In this document: positions 1 through 8,690 of the stretch, piece by piece
How positions within the stretch are numbered: the first letter of the stretch is position 1
Layout of the letters: the number at the start of each line of letters is the position of its first letter
Origin: an uncultured Desulfobacter sp.
GTDB lineage: Bacteria > Desulfobacterota > Desulfobacteria > Desulfobacterales > Desulfobacteraceae
Length of the DNA: 64,000 nt
Direction: 5' to 3'
Assembly (NCBI GenBank): GCA_963665095.1
Contig: OY762069.1
Span: forward strand, 4,768,001-4,832,000
Program-made: the position numbers and the translations under genes
Notes under the pieces: model-generated
Told to the model about the DNA's origin: nothing
The model's input: only the letters and a program-made list of their open reading frames with translations
Databases searched by the model: none

Positions 1-2056
1 TTCACGGTTTTTCTGGCTTAAATCTGCTTATGGCCCCAAGGCCGACGAGGTGCTTGCGCTGCTTGGGCCTGCGCAGGATCAGATCTCTTCCGCCGTGGAC
101 CATTTTTATCGGAAAGTCCTGGAAATCCCTGCAGCCCACACCATTTTTGAAAACGTTGCCCTGGAAGAGTTCCAATATCAGCAAACCACCCAGTCTGAGT
201 ATCTCTCCATCATCCTGTCTCCGGGCGTTACCCTGGACCAGCATCGCCAGATGGCCCTTAAGGCCGGGTATTACCACTGCTTTGTCGGGGTCTCCACCGA
301 GCTGCTCACAGAAGCCTTCGTTTTGTATACAGATATCGCCAACCGCCTCTCATCAGGGCGTCCCAATGAGGAGACATTAAAGGATATCATTTTCCGGCGC
401 CTGCAGTTTGACGTGATCACCCAGATTGAAGCCTATGCCTCGGTCCAGTATAACCGCCTTGAGGTGTACAATCACATCAGCCGCCAGAAAGACCGGACCA
501 CCACCCTGGACCTGATGCAGGCCGTGTTGAAGATGCTGCTTAAATCCTTTAACAAGGACCTGGCAGGTGTGGCGTTTGGCAGCGTGCGGAATGGCAACTA
601 CAGACATCTTCTTTCCCAGGGGAGGGTCCCGTTTGGTCCGGGCGGGGAAAATAAGTACCCCACCGTTAAAATCCGCAAAGTTGAAGAGGCCTGGTTTCAG
701 GAAAGATCTTTTGTAAGAAATCATATTCATGATGATGCCGAGGAAATGGGCAGCCTGGAATACGCCTGCATTGAAAAGGGGATCCGTTCCTTCGGTTTTT
801 TCATTCTGCATGATCTTCAAAACGTGCCCAAGGCCTATCTGCTTGTCTGCGGCAACTATCCGGGCTATTTTGCCGATAAATCCATGCGCTATTACTGGAA
901 CCATCTCGCCGATCTGGTGGGCAGTAATTTTGACATGATTGAGCGCTCCCGGGCCAAGCGCTTGAGTCGCCTGGCTGACGGTGTGATGTACCGGCAGCTT
1001 CTGGCCAGACAGCAGGTAAACATGCACTACCAGCCCATTGTGGACCCGTCCACAGGCCGGACCGTAAAGGTCGAGGCCCTTGCCCGGCTGGAGGACGGGG
1101 AGAAGATGTATTCACCAGGTCTCTTTCTGCCCATGTTTGGCGGCAGCCAGTTGCGGGATCTGTTTGAAATCGGTGTTGAACAGGTCCTCAAAGGGCTTTC
1201 CTCCATTGGCCCTGAACCACCGTTATGTAGCATTAATCTGCCTCCTGAAGTCATGCTGGACCTGGACTGGCTGACAGAACTGCCTGATTATCTCCTAAAT
1301 GCCGGTGCCACCCCGGACCGGATCTGCCTAGAAATTCTGGAAACCTCCCTCCATGATATACCTGAAGTGATGAACCGGATTTTTCAACTGCGGGAGGCCG
1401 GCTATGCCATATTCCTTGATGATGTCGGGGCCGGTGAGTCCTCCCTGCTGCGCCTGGTCAATCTGCCGGTCTCCGGTATCAAGATTGATCAAAGCTTTGT
1501 ACGCTCCCTGCCGCACAGCTGTGAAAATATAGATGTGATTCTCTCGCTACGGTTCCTGGCCCTGCACCGGGGCCTTGAGTGTGTGGCCGAAGGCGTTGAA
1601 AATACGGATATTGTGGATACGCTGTACCACATGAACAAGGGACCTGTGCTGTTCCAGGGGTATGCCTATGCCAAACCCATGCCGCTGTCCGGCCTGGCCC
1701 AATGGATGGCCCGGGATAGTGAGCGCCGGCCCGAGTCTGAGGACCCCCAGACCCTTTTCGGCTGGTATGCCGGACATGTGGGGCGGCTGTTCACCATCCG
1801 CAATGCCTTTTACTCGATCCCGGACTTGCTCAGCATTGAAAGCCTCCAGGATGCCGAGCGCTGCCCTTTGCACGAAAATATCCGGCAGATCGGCGGCAGC
1901 CCTGAAATTGAAAAGGCCCACCGGGAATGGCATGAAAAGTATGCCCGTTTTGTCAAACTGATACAGGCCGGTTCAACAGCCCAGGAGCTGTGGCAGGACA
2001 TTGAACGGTCAAACCGCCAACTCCGCAGCCTGATAAAAGAAACCACCAGCAAATAA
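1..2056 (+). CDS. Globin-sensor/GAF/EAL/CZB c-di-GMP phosphodiesterase (5' end outside window)
   Basis: Frame is open from position 2. N-terminal protoglobin-like segment (AVDHFY...HRQMALKAGYYHCFVGV); EAL motifs VEALARL, CLEILET, DDVGAG, IKIDQSFV, VAEGVE, QGYAYAKP; C-terminal CZB-like H..C..HxxxH (GHVGRL, ERCPLH, AHREWH). Confidence 0.85.
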   Translation, partial: SRFFWLKSAYGPKADEVLALLGPAQDQISSAVDHFYRKVLEIPAAHTIFENVALEEFQYQQTTQSEYLSIILSPGVTLDQHRQMALKAGYYHCFVGVSTELLTEAFVLYTDIANRLSSGRPNEETLKDIIFRRLQFDVITQIEAYASVQYNRLEVYNHISRQKDRTTTLDLMQAVLKMLLKSFNKDLAGVAFGSVRNGNYRHLLSQGRVPFGPGGENKYPTVKIRKVEEAWFQERSFVRNHIHDDAEEMGSLEYACIEKGIRSFGFFILHDLQNVPKAYLLVCGNYPGYFADKSMRYYWNHLADLVGSNFDMIERSRAKRLSRLADGVMYRQLLARQQVNMHYQPIVDPSTGRTVKVEALARLEDGEKMYSPGLFLPMFGGSQLRDLFEIGVEQVLKGLSSIGPEPPLCSINLPPEVMLDLDWLTELPDYLLNAGATPDRICLEILETSLHDIPEVMNRIFQLREAGYAIFLDDVGAGESSLLRLVNLPVSGIKIDQSFVRSLPHSCENIDVILSLRFLALHRGLECVAEGVENTDIVDTLYHMNKGPVLFQGYAYAKPMPLSGLAQWMARDSERRPESEDPQTLFGWYAGHVGRLFTIRNAFYSIPDLLSIESLQDAERCPLHENIRQIGGSPEIEKAHREWHEKYARFVKLIQAGSTAQELWQDIERSNRQLRSLIKETTSK

Positions 2057-2116
2057 TTGGGGTCAGAGTAAAATTAAATTGTGCGCAATTTAATTTTACT
2101 CTGACCCCAATTATTT
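2051..2116. terminator. 31-bp perfect inverted repeat; bidirectional terminator or REP-like hairpin
   Basis: aaataattggggtcagagtaaaattaaattg-tgcg-caatttaattttactctgaccccaattattt fills the gap between two convergent stop codons. Confidence 0.85.
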
Positions 2117-2637
2117 TATAGTTCTGTTATTAGCCTGTTGATGGTCTGGAGGTACTCTTCCCGTTTGATTTCATGGCCGTTTTCCAGGTCTGCCTTGAAC
2201 CGCTCCAGGGCTTGCCGGGTGTGCGTGCGGACTTTATTGGTCTGATTCAGGGTTCTGGACATGGTATTGAGATCGTTTTCAAGTTCCGAAAACCAGTCGC
2301 CTTTTCTGAAGCTGATATGCTGCTCAGGCGGATGCCCCTGGGCCATTTCCGACATGATTATACGCAATTTTTTTATAGGCCCGGCAATGGTGGTGGTGCG
2401 CCTGGCAATAAAGAAGAGAACCCCTGCAATAAAAAGCAGACAGAGTATCGCCAGGATAACCAGAGAGCTGGTATTACAGGACACGGTCAGATTACTGTCC
2501 AGGTAAATCAGATAAAACCAGGACATGGCAAAACCGGTGAGCAGGATACCGGGAATTTGCAGCACAGCAACAAAAAAGGCCCACCCCAGCTGCAATTTGG
2601 GATTGACGATTACTTTACGTTTGAATTTGTTTTTCAT
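2116..2637 (-). CDS. Small two-TM membrane protein with HAMP-like domain
   Basis: Two hydrophobic helices, then IAGPIKKLRIIMSEMAQG...FRKGDWFSELENDLNTM, a HAMP-like pattern; RBS gaggag upstream. Confidence 0.7.
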   Translation of the reverse strand: MKNKFKRKVIVNPKLQLGWAFFVAVLQIPGILLTGFAMSWFYLIYLDSNLTVSCNTSSLVILAILCLLFIAGVLFFIARRTTTIAGPIKKLRIIMSEMAQGHPPEQHISFRKGDWFSELENDLNTMSRTLNQTNKVRTHTRQALERFKADLENGHEIKREEYLQTINRLITEL

Positions 2638-2648
2638 GCTTCTCCTCT

Positions 2649-3029
2649 TTACGGCCCTGTACGGGTCATATCATCTTCTGTTCCAATAAGTCCGTCCGGC
2701 CCGGGGCTCTGAAGGGTATAGGCTTTACCATCCCGGGAGAGCAGGTAGACCATATCATTTCCCCAATGATCCACCATGACAGCCTTTTGTTCGTTTTCCT
2801 TGAAATTCTGTTCCAGCCAGCGCTCAAACCGCTTTTCTGTGGGCAGCCGACCCTTTTTCAAATATTCATAATCCAGCATCAGGCTGATGGTCCGCATATC
2901 CCCAGCCGTGGCCACCTGGCGGGCCATGGCCGTGGTTTCATCGTAAAACTGCATGATGCTGTCGGAATTCCCGGCAATCAGCCCCAGGGTAATTCCGCCC
3001 ATAATCAGCCGTCGAATAATTTCAACCAT
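2649..3029 (-). CDS. GspG-like pseudopilin domain protein lacking a class III signal
   Basis: VDHWGNDMVY...YTLQSPGPDGLIGTEDD matches the GspG C-terminal pattern DPWG..Y...SxGPDG..GT.DD; no G|FTLxE motif. Confidence 0.75.
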   Translation of the reverse strand: MVEIIRRLIMGGITLGLIAGNSDSIMQFYDETTAMARQVATAGDMRTISLMLDYEYLKKGRLPTEKRFERWLEQNFKENEQKAVMVDHWGNDMVYLLSRDGKAYTLQSPGPDGLIGTEDDMTRTGP

Positions 3030-3043
3030 AATCAGTTACCGGC

Positions 3044-3598
3044 CTATGCTGCCGGATGCTCCACTGTATTTTCGCTGTTTGTAATTTTACGTTTTTTTAA
3101 CCGGAGAAGGGCCAGGATTCCCACTCCCAGTGCAAGGCCTGCAATACTGACCGGCATCACATATTTTTTATAGTAATAGGCGGTTTTTTTAACATAGGTA
3201 TACATCTCAACCGGTGTCTTGCCCGGCACCTCAAATGCCCAGATTCCGGAGTCAAGCCGGACAATAGTGGCATGGTCCTCGAAGATTCCTTTGCCCTGCT
3301 TGATATCTTTGGCTTTGAATCCTTTGCTCATATCAAGCGTTTTAAACCGGACTATGGCACGATCTCCCTGCTGGTCCACGCCCAGGAATGTGTTTACATA
3401 AAACCGTTTCTCCGGCCTTTCAAATTTCCCCTTGTAAAACTCCCTGTGTACATAGGATTCGAAAAAGTAAGCAATATCATCAATGGTGAGCACCTCCTTT
3501 TCCAGAGGCACCCTCATCCGGCCTTTGGTGCTGTGGGCCATGGCCTGGGACTGGAACCCGAACACCAGAACCAGACAAAACAGAAAAATGTGTTTCAT
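3044..3598 (-). CDS. Exported protein with C-terminal membrane anchor; predicted mature N-terminal His
   Basis: Start MKHIFL with RBS gaggtg; signal peptide ending AMA|HSTKG; C-terminal TM followed by RLKKRK. Confidence 0.7.
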   Translation of the reverse strand: MKHIFLFCLVLVFGFQSQAMAHSTKGRMRVPLEKEVLTIDDIAYFFESYVHREFYKGKFERPEKRFYVNTFLGVDQQGDRAIVRFKTLDMSKGFKAKDIKQGKGIFEDHATIVRLDSGIWAFEVPGKTPVEMYTYVKKTAYYYKKYVMPVSIAGLALGVGILALLRLKKRKITNSENTVEHPAA

Positions 3599-3664
3599 AA
3601 AATCACCTCTTGCAGTTTGAAGCGTTATTTCCATAATGATCTTAAAGTCAGTTAATCACATTCA

Positions 3665-4579
3665 TCAGGCCGCATCCCCGTCACCACCGCCCTTGGCCGT
3701 ACGTTCCAGGATAAAAGCGTCCAGCTTGTCCTGGTTCACCTTGACCTTATATTCTTCTTTCAGGCGGTCATAGGTGTTCTGCCACGCTTCCCGGTATCTG
3801 GCATAAAGCAGATCATTGCGGATATAGGCCGCTTTTTCTTCATAGGAATGCACCACAGGGTCTGTTTTTGATACCAGTTCAAACAGATACCATGCCGCAT
3901 CTATATTATGGGGGCCGGATAAGCTGCCCGGTTCAAGTGTTGCAATGACCTGTCGCCAGGCCGGCTTAAATTTTTTCAGGGACCTGGTTCCGATGTCACC
4001 GCCCCTGTTCGCCGTCTGTTTGTCCACGGAATAACGGGCCGCCGCCTCAATAAAATCCATCTGTGCCCCCTCAATGATCTGGCGCGCCTCAAGAGCTGTC
4101 TGTTCATCACTGGCTTTAATCATTCGTACACTGAGCAGGGACGGGCTGGTATAGCTCTCCTGGTTGGTTTCATAAAACTCTTTGAGCTGGTCCTCAGTGA
4201 ATTGGTCTTTATCGATTTGGGGCACCAGATGTTCCTGCATCACTTTTAAGAACAAGTCCGACATATACGCATGGATCTGCGCCCGGATCCGGGGATCCTG
4301 GTGCAAGTTCTCTTTCAGGCCTTTGGCAATGATCATTTCCATATTCACGGCATGATCAAAAACAAACTCAGGGGTTAGCTGTTCTGGCCGGCCTCTGAAC
4401 TGTGACGAGTTTTTTAATTTTTCATAATGGGCGTCCAGATCCTGGGCCGTGAGACACCCGCCGTCAAACTCCACCAACGCATCATCCCTGGAATTGCATC
4501 CCCAAAGGCAGACACACAAACAACTGATAAGTAGAACCGCTGGAAAAAGAAACCGAGCTTTCTTCATGTTTTTCTCCAT
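3665..4579 (-). CDS. PpiC/parvulin-type peptidyl-prolyl isomerase lipoprotein
   Basis: Lipobox LWGC; rotamase motif FIEAAARYSVDKQTANRGGDIG; SurA/PrsA-like helical domain. Confidence 0.85.
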   Translation of the reverse strand: MEKNMKKARFLFPAVLLISCLCVCLWGCNSRDDALVEFDGGCLTAQDLDAHYEKLKNSSQFRGRPEQLTPEFVFDHAVNMEMIIAKGLKENLHQDPRIRAQIHAYMSDLFLKVMQEHLVPQIDKDQFTEDQLKEFYETNQESYTSPSLLSVRMIKASDEQTALEARQIIEGAQMDFIEAAARYSVDKQTANRGGDIGTRSLKKFKPAWRQVIATLEPGSLSGPHNIDAAWYLFELVSKTDPVVHSYEEKAAYIRNDLLYARYREAWQNTYDRLKEEYKVKVNQDKLDAFILERTAKGGGDGDAA

Positions 4580-4620
4580 TTAAATATTATATGCCTCGCT
4601 ATTTAGTTAAACGTGACCCG

Positions 4621-5820
4621 TTATTGGGCGTATAGAGCAAACATCCCTGCCACCAGCCCCCAAGCTACGTATCCCACAATCGAACCCAGGATGATAATCA
4701 GCACCGGCTCAATCATGGCAGTCATCTTGGCAATTTTGCTCTCCAGGATCTGCTCATGCAGATTCTCCACAGACCGCATGGACTGATCCATCAACCCTGT
4801 CTCCTCGCCAATTTTGATCATGGCCTGGAACATAGGCGTGAAAAACCGCTTTCCCTTCAGGGCTGAAGAGAGGGCCAGCCCGGCCATAACCCGCTGGTTC
4901 ATATCCTCGATGAGACGTTTCACCTCCAGGTTGGGCACAGTACCTGCCACGGAATTCAGGCTGTCAATCAGGGTAATCCCGCTTTCCAGAAGCGATGCAA
5001 AGGTCCTTGCAAACTGGACGATCACCCCGTAGCGCATGATCGGGCCGACCACGGGAACATGGATTTTATACCGGTCAATGTATAACCGGGTGGACGGGGT
5101 TGCCATCAGCAGGACAATAAGCCCTGTCAGGATAAAGGCGCCTGTAAAAATACCCATGACATTGGATTGCAGAAACTGGGAGGCATCCAGCAGGAACTGG
5201 GTGTTGGCGGGCAGTTTGCGCCCCTGCAGAAGTGTGGCAAATTTAGGAATCACAAAGCCCACAAAAAAGCCGATCACCACAACCGTGACCACAAGAATCA
5301 CAGAGGGGTAGATCATGCTCAACACCATTTTGCGCCGCAGGGCGGCTTTGCCCTCCAGGTAATCAGATATCCGATCCAGGACCACATCCAGAATACCGCC
5401 AAGCTCTCCGGCCCGGATCATGTTCACCACAAGCGTGGAAAAAATTTTGGGATACTTGGCAAAGGCATCCGAGAGCCGGACACCGCCTTCAATATCCCCC
5501 TTGATATTGATCAGCGCGTTCCTCATGGTCCGGGACTCCGACTGCATGTGCAAGATTCCCATGGACTCGGAGATGCTTAGATTGGAGTGGATCAGGGAAG
5601 AGAACATCCGGAAAAACAGCACCAGCTCCTTGGTGCCCACCCCAAAAGAAAACGGCATCCCGCCGATTCCGGCCGCTGCACCCGTGAGTTCATAAATATC
5701 CTGGATAATAAACCCGTCCGCCGTTAGCAGCCGGGCAGCCGCCCCTTCATCCGGAGCTGTAATAGTGTTTTTGACCTTGTTACCTTCCGGGTCCACCGCA
5801 GAGTATTTAAAAATGGGCAT
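4621..5820 (-). CDS. pilC: Inner-membrane platform protein, PilC/GspF family
   Basis: MPIFKYSAVD start; GELGGILDVVL, MIYPSVIL, GEETG, IEPVLII motifs. Confidence 0.92.
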   Translation of the reverse strand: MPIFKYSAVDPEGNKVKNTITAPDEGAAARLLTADGFIIQDIYELTGAAAGIGGMPFSFGVGTKELVLFFRMFSSLIHSNLSISESMGILHMQSESRTMRNALINIKGDIEGGVRLSDAFAKYPKIFSTLVVNMIRAGELGGILDVVLDRISDYLEGKAALRRKMVLSMIYPSVILVVTVVVIGFFVGFVIPKFATLLQGRKLPANTQFLLDASQFLQSNVMGIFTGAFILTGLIVLLMATPSTRLYIDRYKIHVPVVGPIMRYGVIVQFARTFASLLESGITLIDSLNSVAGTVPNLEVKRLIEDMNQRVMAGLALSSALKGKRFFTPMFQAMIKIGEETGLMDQSMRSVENLHEQILESKIAKMTAMIEPVLIIILGSIVGYVAWGLVAGMFALYAQ

Positions 5821-5832
5821 GATGGTAACTCC

Positions 5833-7482
5833 TTACCCCAGGGTTACCCGGGCGATCTCTTCGGGGGTGGTTCTGCCCTGCCGGATTTTGTCAATTCCAT
5901 CCGACCGCATGGTCCGGTAAGCGGTATGTGCCAGGGCATAATCCCGGATCTGCTCGAAAGTGGCCCGTTGCATGATCAGGGAGCGGATCTGTTCATCCAC
6001 GGAAAGCAGTTCATACAGCCCCATTCTGCCCCGGTAGCCGTTGGTGCAGTTGGGACAACCCTTACCCCTCTGGACATCAAAGCATTCGTCGGCATCACAC
6101 TCCAGCATGGACAATTCCGAAGGTGTCACTCTGTGGGATCCGGTACAGGAGGGACACACCTTTCTAACCAGGCGCTGGGCCAGTACCGCCCTTACAGAGG
6201 CTGCCACCAGAAACGGCTCGGCCCCCATGTCAATCATCCTGGAAAAGGCGGACGGCGCATCATTGGTATGCAGGGTGGAGAGTACCAGATGCCCGGTGAC
6301 TGCTGCCCGAAGCGCAATATCCAGGGTTTCGGAATCCCGAATCTCACCCACCATGATAATGTCCGGGTCCTGGCGCAAAATGGCCCGCAGCGCATTGGCG
6401 AAGGAGAGCTTTTCCCCGGAATCCACCTGGGTCTGGTTGATGCCCCGCAAACCCAGTTCCACAGGATCCTCAATGGTGGTGATATTGGTGGCTTCACTTC
6501 TCAATGCCTGCAAAGATCCGTAAAGGGTGGTGGATTTACCGGACCCTGTGGGCCCTGTAACCAGCACAATTCCGTAGGGTGCGGTCACAGCCCGGTTGAA
6601 TTCGGTCAGCATTTCATGGGTCATGCCCAGCCCGTCCATGTCAATGATCTCGTCATGGGGAGGCAACAGCCGCAGCACGGCTTTTTCTCCGTTGGTCACA
6701 GGCAACGTACTCACCCGCACATTCACCCCGTCCATGGAGAGATTCAACAGCTTGGGTTCAAAGAGAAAAGAGCCGTCCTGGGCCCTTCTGCGTTCAGAAA
6801 TATCCAAACCAGCCATCACCTTGATCCGGGAGACAATCCGGGCCGCCAGGTCAAAGGGCAGCACTTCGGTTCGGGTCATCTGTCCGTCGATTCTGAACCG
6901 GATCACCAGCTCATCCATCTCCGGTTCCACATGAATATCCGATGCCCCGGCATTCACCGCCCGGATCATCAGCTTTTCAAGTAGTTCAATAATTAAGGTG
7001 GAGTTCTCACCAGAGAGCATGGCCTCGGGTCGGATGGTGGTGTCAAATCCCATGCTGTAGCAATGGTTCTGCAGTTTTTTCACCCTGGACCGGGTGGTGA
7101 GCACCAGCTTAATCTGCCGCTTGGAAAGCCGGGACATATTCTGGATCACGGCCTGGGGCACTGGCCCTGAACAGGCCAGAAGAATCTCATTGTTCTCACC
7201 CAGGGCCACGGGCAACACCCCTGACTTAAGACACATCTTCTGTGGGATGAGATTCACCAGATCCCTGCGCACGTCCAGTACGGTCTCGGACATCAGTGGA
7301 ATGCCCAGGAAATCAGACAGATCCTGGAGCATGCGACCCTGTTCCAGAAGCCCGTCCTTGACCGCGACATCCCCGAATTTTTCTTTGGAGATTTTCTGCT
7401 TGGAGACAAGGGTTGTGACCTGTTCCTGGGTTAAGGCCCCCTGGTTGACCAGATATTCTCCAAATCGCTCTTTTCTTGCCAT
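5833..7482 (-). CDS. pilB: Assembly ATPase, PilB/GspE family
   Basis: ASDIHVEP, GPTGSGKSTT, TIEDPVE, LRQDPDIIMVGEIRD, GHLVLSTLHTND, CxxC...CxxC; degenerate MshEN-like N-terminus. Confidence 0.93.
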   Translation of the reverse strand: MARKERFGEYLVNQGALTQEQVTTLVSKQKISKEKFGDVAVKDGLLEQGRMLQDLSDFLGIPLMSETVLDVRRDLVNLIPQKMCLKSGVLPVALGENNEILLACSGPVPQAVIQNMSRLSKRQIKLVLTTRSRVKKLQNHCYSMGFDTTIRPEAMLSGENSTLIIELLEKLMIRAVNAGASDIHVEPEMDELVIRFRIDGQMTRTEVLPFDLAARIVSRIKVMAGLDISERRRAQDGSFLFEPKLLNLSMDGVNVRVSTLPVTNGEKAVLRLLPPHDEIIDMDGLGMTHEMLTEFNRAVTAPYGIVLVTGPTGSGKSTTLYGSLQALRSEATNITTIEDPVELGLRGINQTQVDSGEKLSFANALRAILRQDPDIIMVGEIRDSETLDIALRAAVTGHLVLSTLHTNDAPSAFSRMIDMGAEPFLVAASVRAVLAQRLVRKVCPSCTGSHRVTPSELSMLECDADECFDVQRGKGCPNCTNGYRGRMGLYELLSVDEQIRSLIMQRATFEQIRDYALAHTAYRTMRSDGIDKIRQGRTTPEEIARVTLG

Positions 7483-7517
7483 GTGTCGGGTATTCCTATT
7501 TTAGGACAGTCACTATA

Positions 7518-8675
7518 TCAACGGAACCATCTGCGCTTGCCGGTTGTTTCATTCTCAGTCTCAGGTGCCTGGTCCACCATCAGCCGCTGTTTCATCAGGT
7601 TTTTGTTTTTGGCCGCTGCCACAGCCGTCTCCACAGAAATTTTGCCCTTTTTAACCAGCTTAATCAGGCATTGCTCCATGGTCATCATGCCGTCGTTGAA
7701 CCCGGTTTCAATATTGGAATAGATCATGTCATCCTTGGCCTGGCGGATGAGATTGGCAATGCCTGGCGTTGCAAACATCACCTCAACCCCGGGAATCCGG
7801 CCGGTATTCCCGGCATTGGGCAGAAGCCGCTGGGACACCACTGCTTTGAGAGTCGATGCCAGCTGCTGCCGGATCTGGGGCTGTTCACCGGCTGGAAACG
7901 CCCCCACCAGTCGGTTAATGGTGGAGACACAGTCCCGGGAGTGAAGGGTGGAAAAGACCAGGTGGCCTGTTTCTGCGGCCATGATGGCCGTGCGCATGGT
8001 TTCAAGATCCCGCATCTCGCCAACCAGAATTACGTCCGGGTCCGCACGAAGGGCATCTCGCAGGGCGGAAGAAAAAGAGGATACATCAGAATAAAGCTCA
8101 CGCTGGTTGATTATGCTCATTCGGTTTTCATGCACGTATTCAATGGGGTCCTCAATGGTGATGATGTGGTGGTTCTGGGTGTCGTTGATCTGGTGGATCA
8201 CCGTGGCCAGGGTGGTGGACTTACCGGAGCCTGTCACCCCTGTTACCAGGACCAGACCATCCCGGATGGTGGGCAGCCGGGACAAACAGTCAGGCAGTCC
8301 TAAACTTTCAAATGTGGGAATCCCGGAAGCCAGGAGCCGGAACGCCGCTGAAATGGCACCTCGCTGGTAATACGCTGCCACACGAAACCGGCCCACGTCG
8401 TTGATGCTCACGGCAAAATCCACGGACTTCTTTTCCTCAAGCACTTCCCGGTAACGGTCCGTGAGCACCTGGTCCATGAGCCGCCGGATATCCTTGGAAG
8501 AATAGGGCGCATGCCCGGGATGAGGCGTAATTTTTCCCTTGATCCTGTACATGGGCGGCATGTCTGCGGCCAGGTGAAGGTCAGATGCCCCCATCTCAAG
8601 CGTCCGGGCAAACAGTTCCCTGATATCTTTTTCTCTGACCCCTTCGGTGAAGGGAATGTCCACACAAACTCTCAT
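7518..8675 (-). CDS. pilT: Type IV pilus retraction ATPase, PilT/PilU family
   Basis: GASDLHL, TGVTGSGKSTT, TIEDPIE, LRADPDVILVGEMRD, AAETGHLVFSTLH, GIANLIRQ (AIRNLIRE-like), GMMTMEQ. Confidence 0.93.
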   Translation of the reverse strand: MRVCVDIPFTEGVREKDIRELFARTLEMGASDLHLAADMPPMYRIKGKITPHPGHAPYSSKDIRRLMDQVLTDRYREVLEEKKSVDFAVSINDVGRFRVAAYYQRGAISAAFRLLASGIPTFESLGLPDCLSRLPTIRDGLVLVTGVTGSGKSTTLATVIHQINDTQNHHIITIEDPIEYVHENRMSIINQRELYSDVSSFSSALRDALRADPDVILVGEMRDLETMRTAIMAAETGHLVFSTLHSRDCVSTINRLVGAFPAGEQPQIRQQLASTLKAVVSQRLLPNAGNTGRIPGVEVMFATPGIANLIRQAKDDMIYSNIETGFNDGMMTMEQCLIKLVKKGKISVETAVAAAKNKNLMKQRLMVDQAPETENETTGKRRWFR

Positions 8676-8690
8676 AACAGCTCCCTGTCT

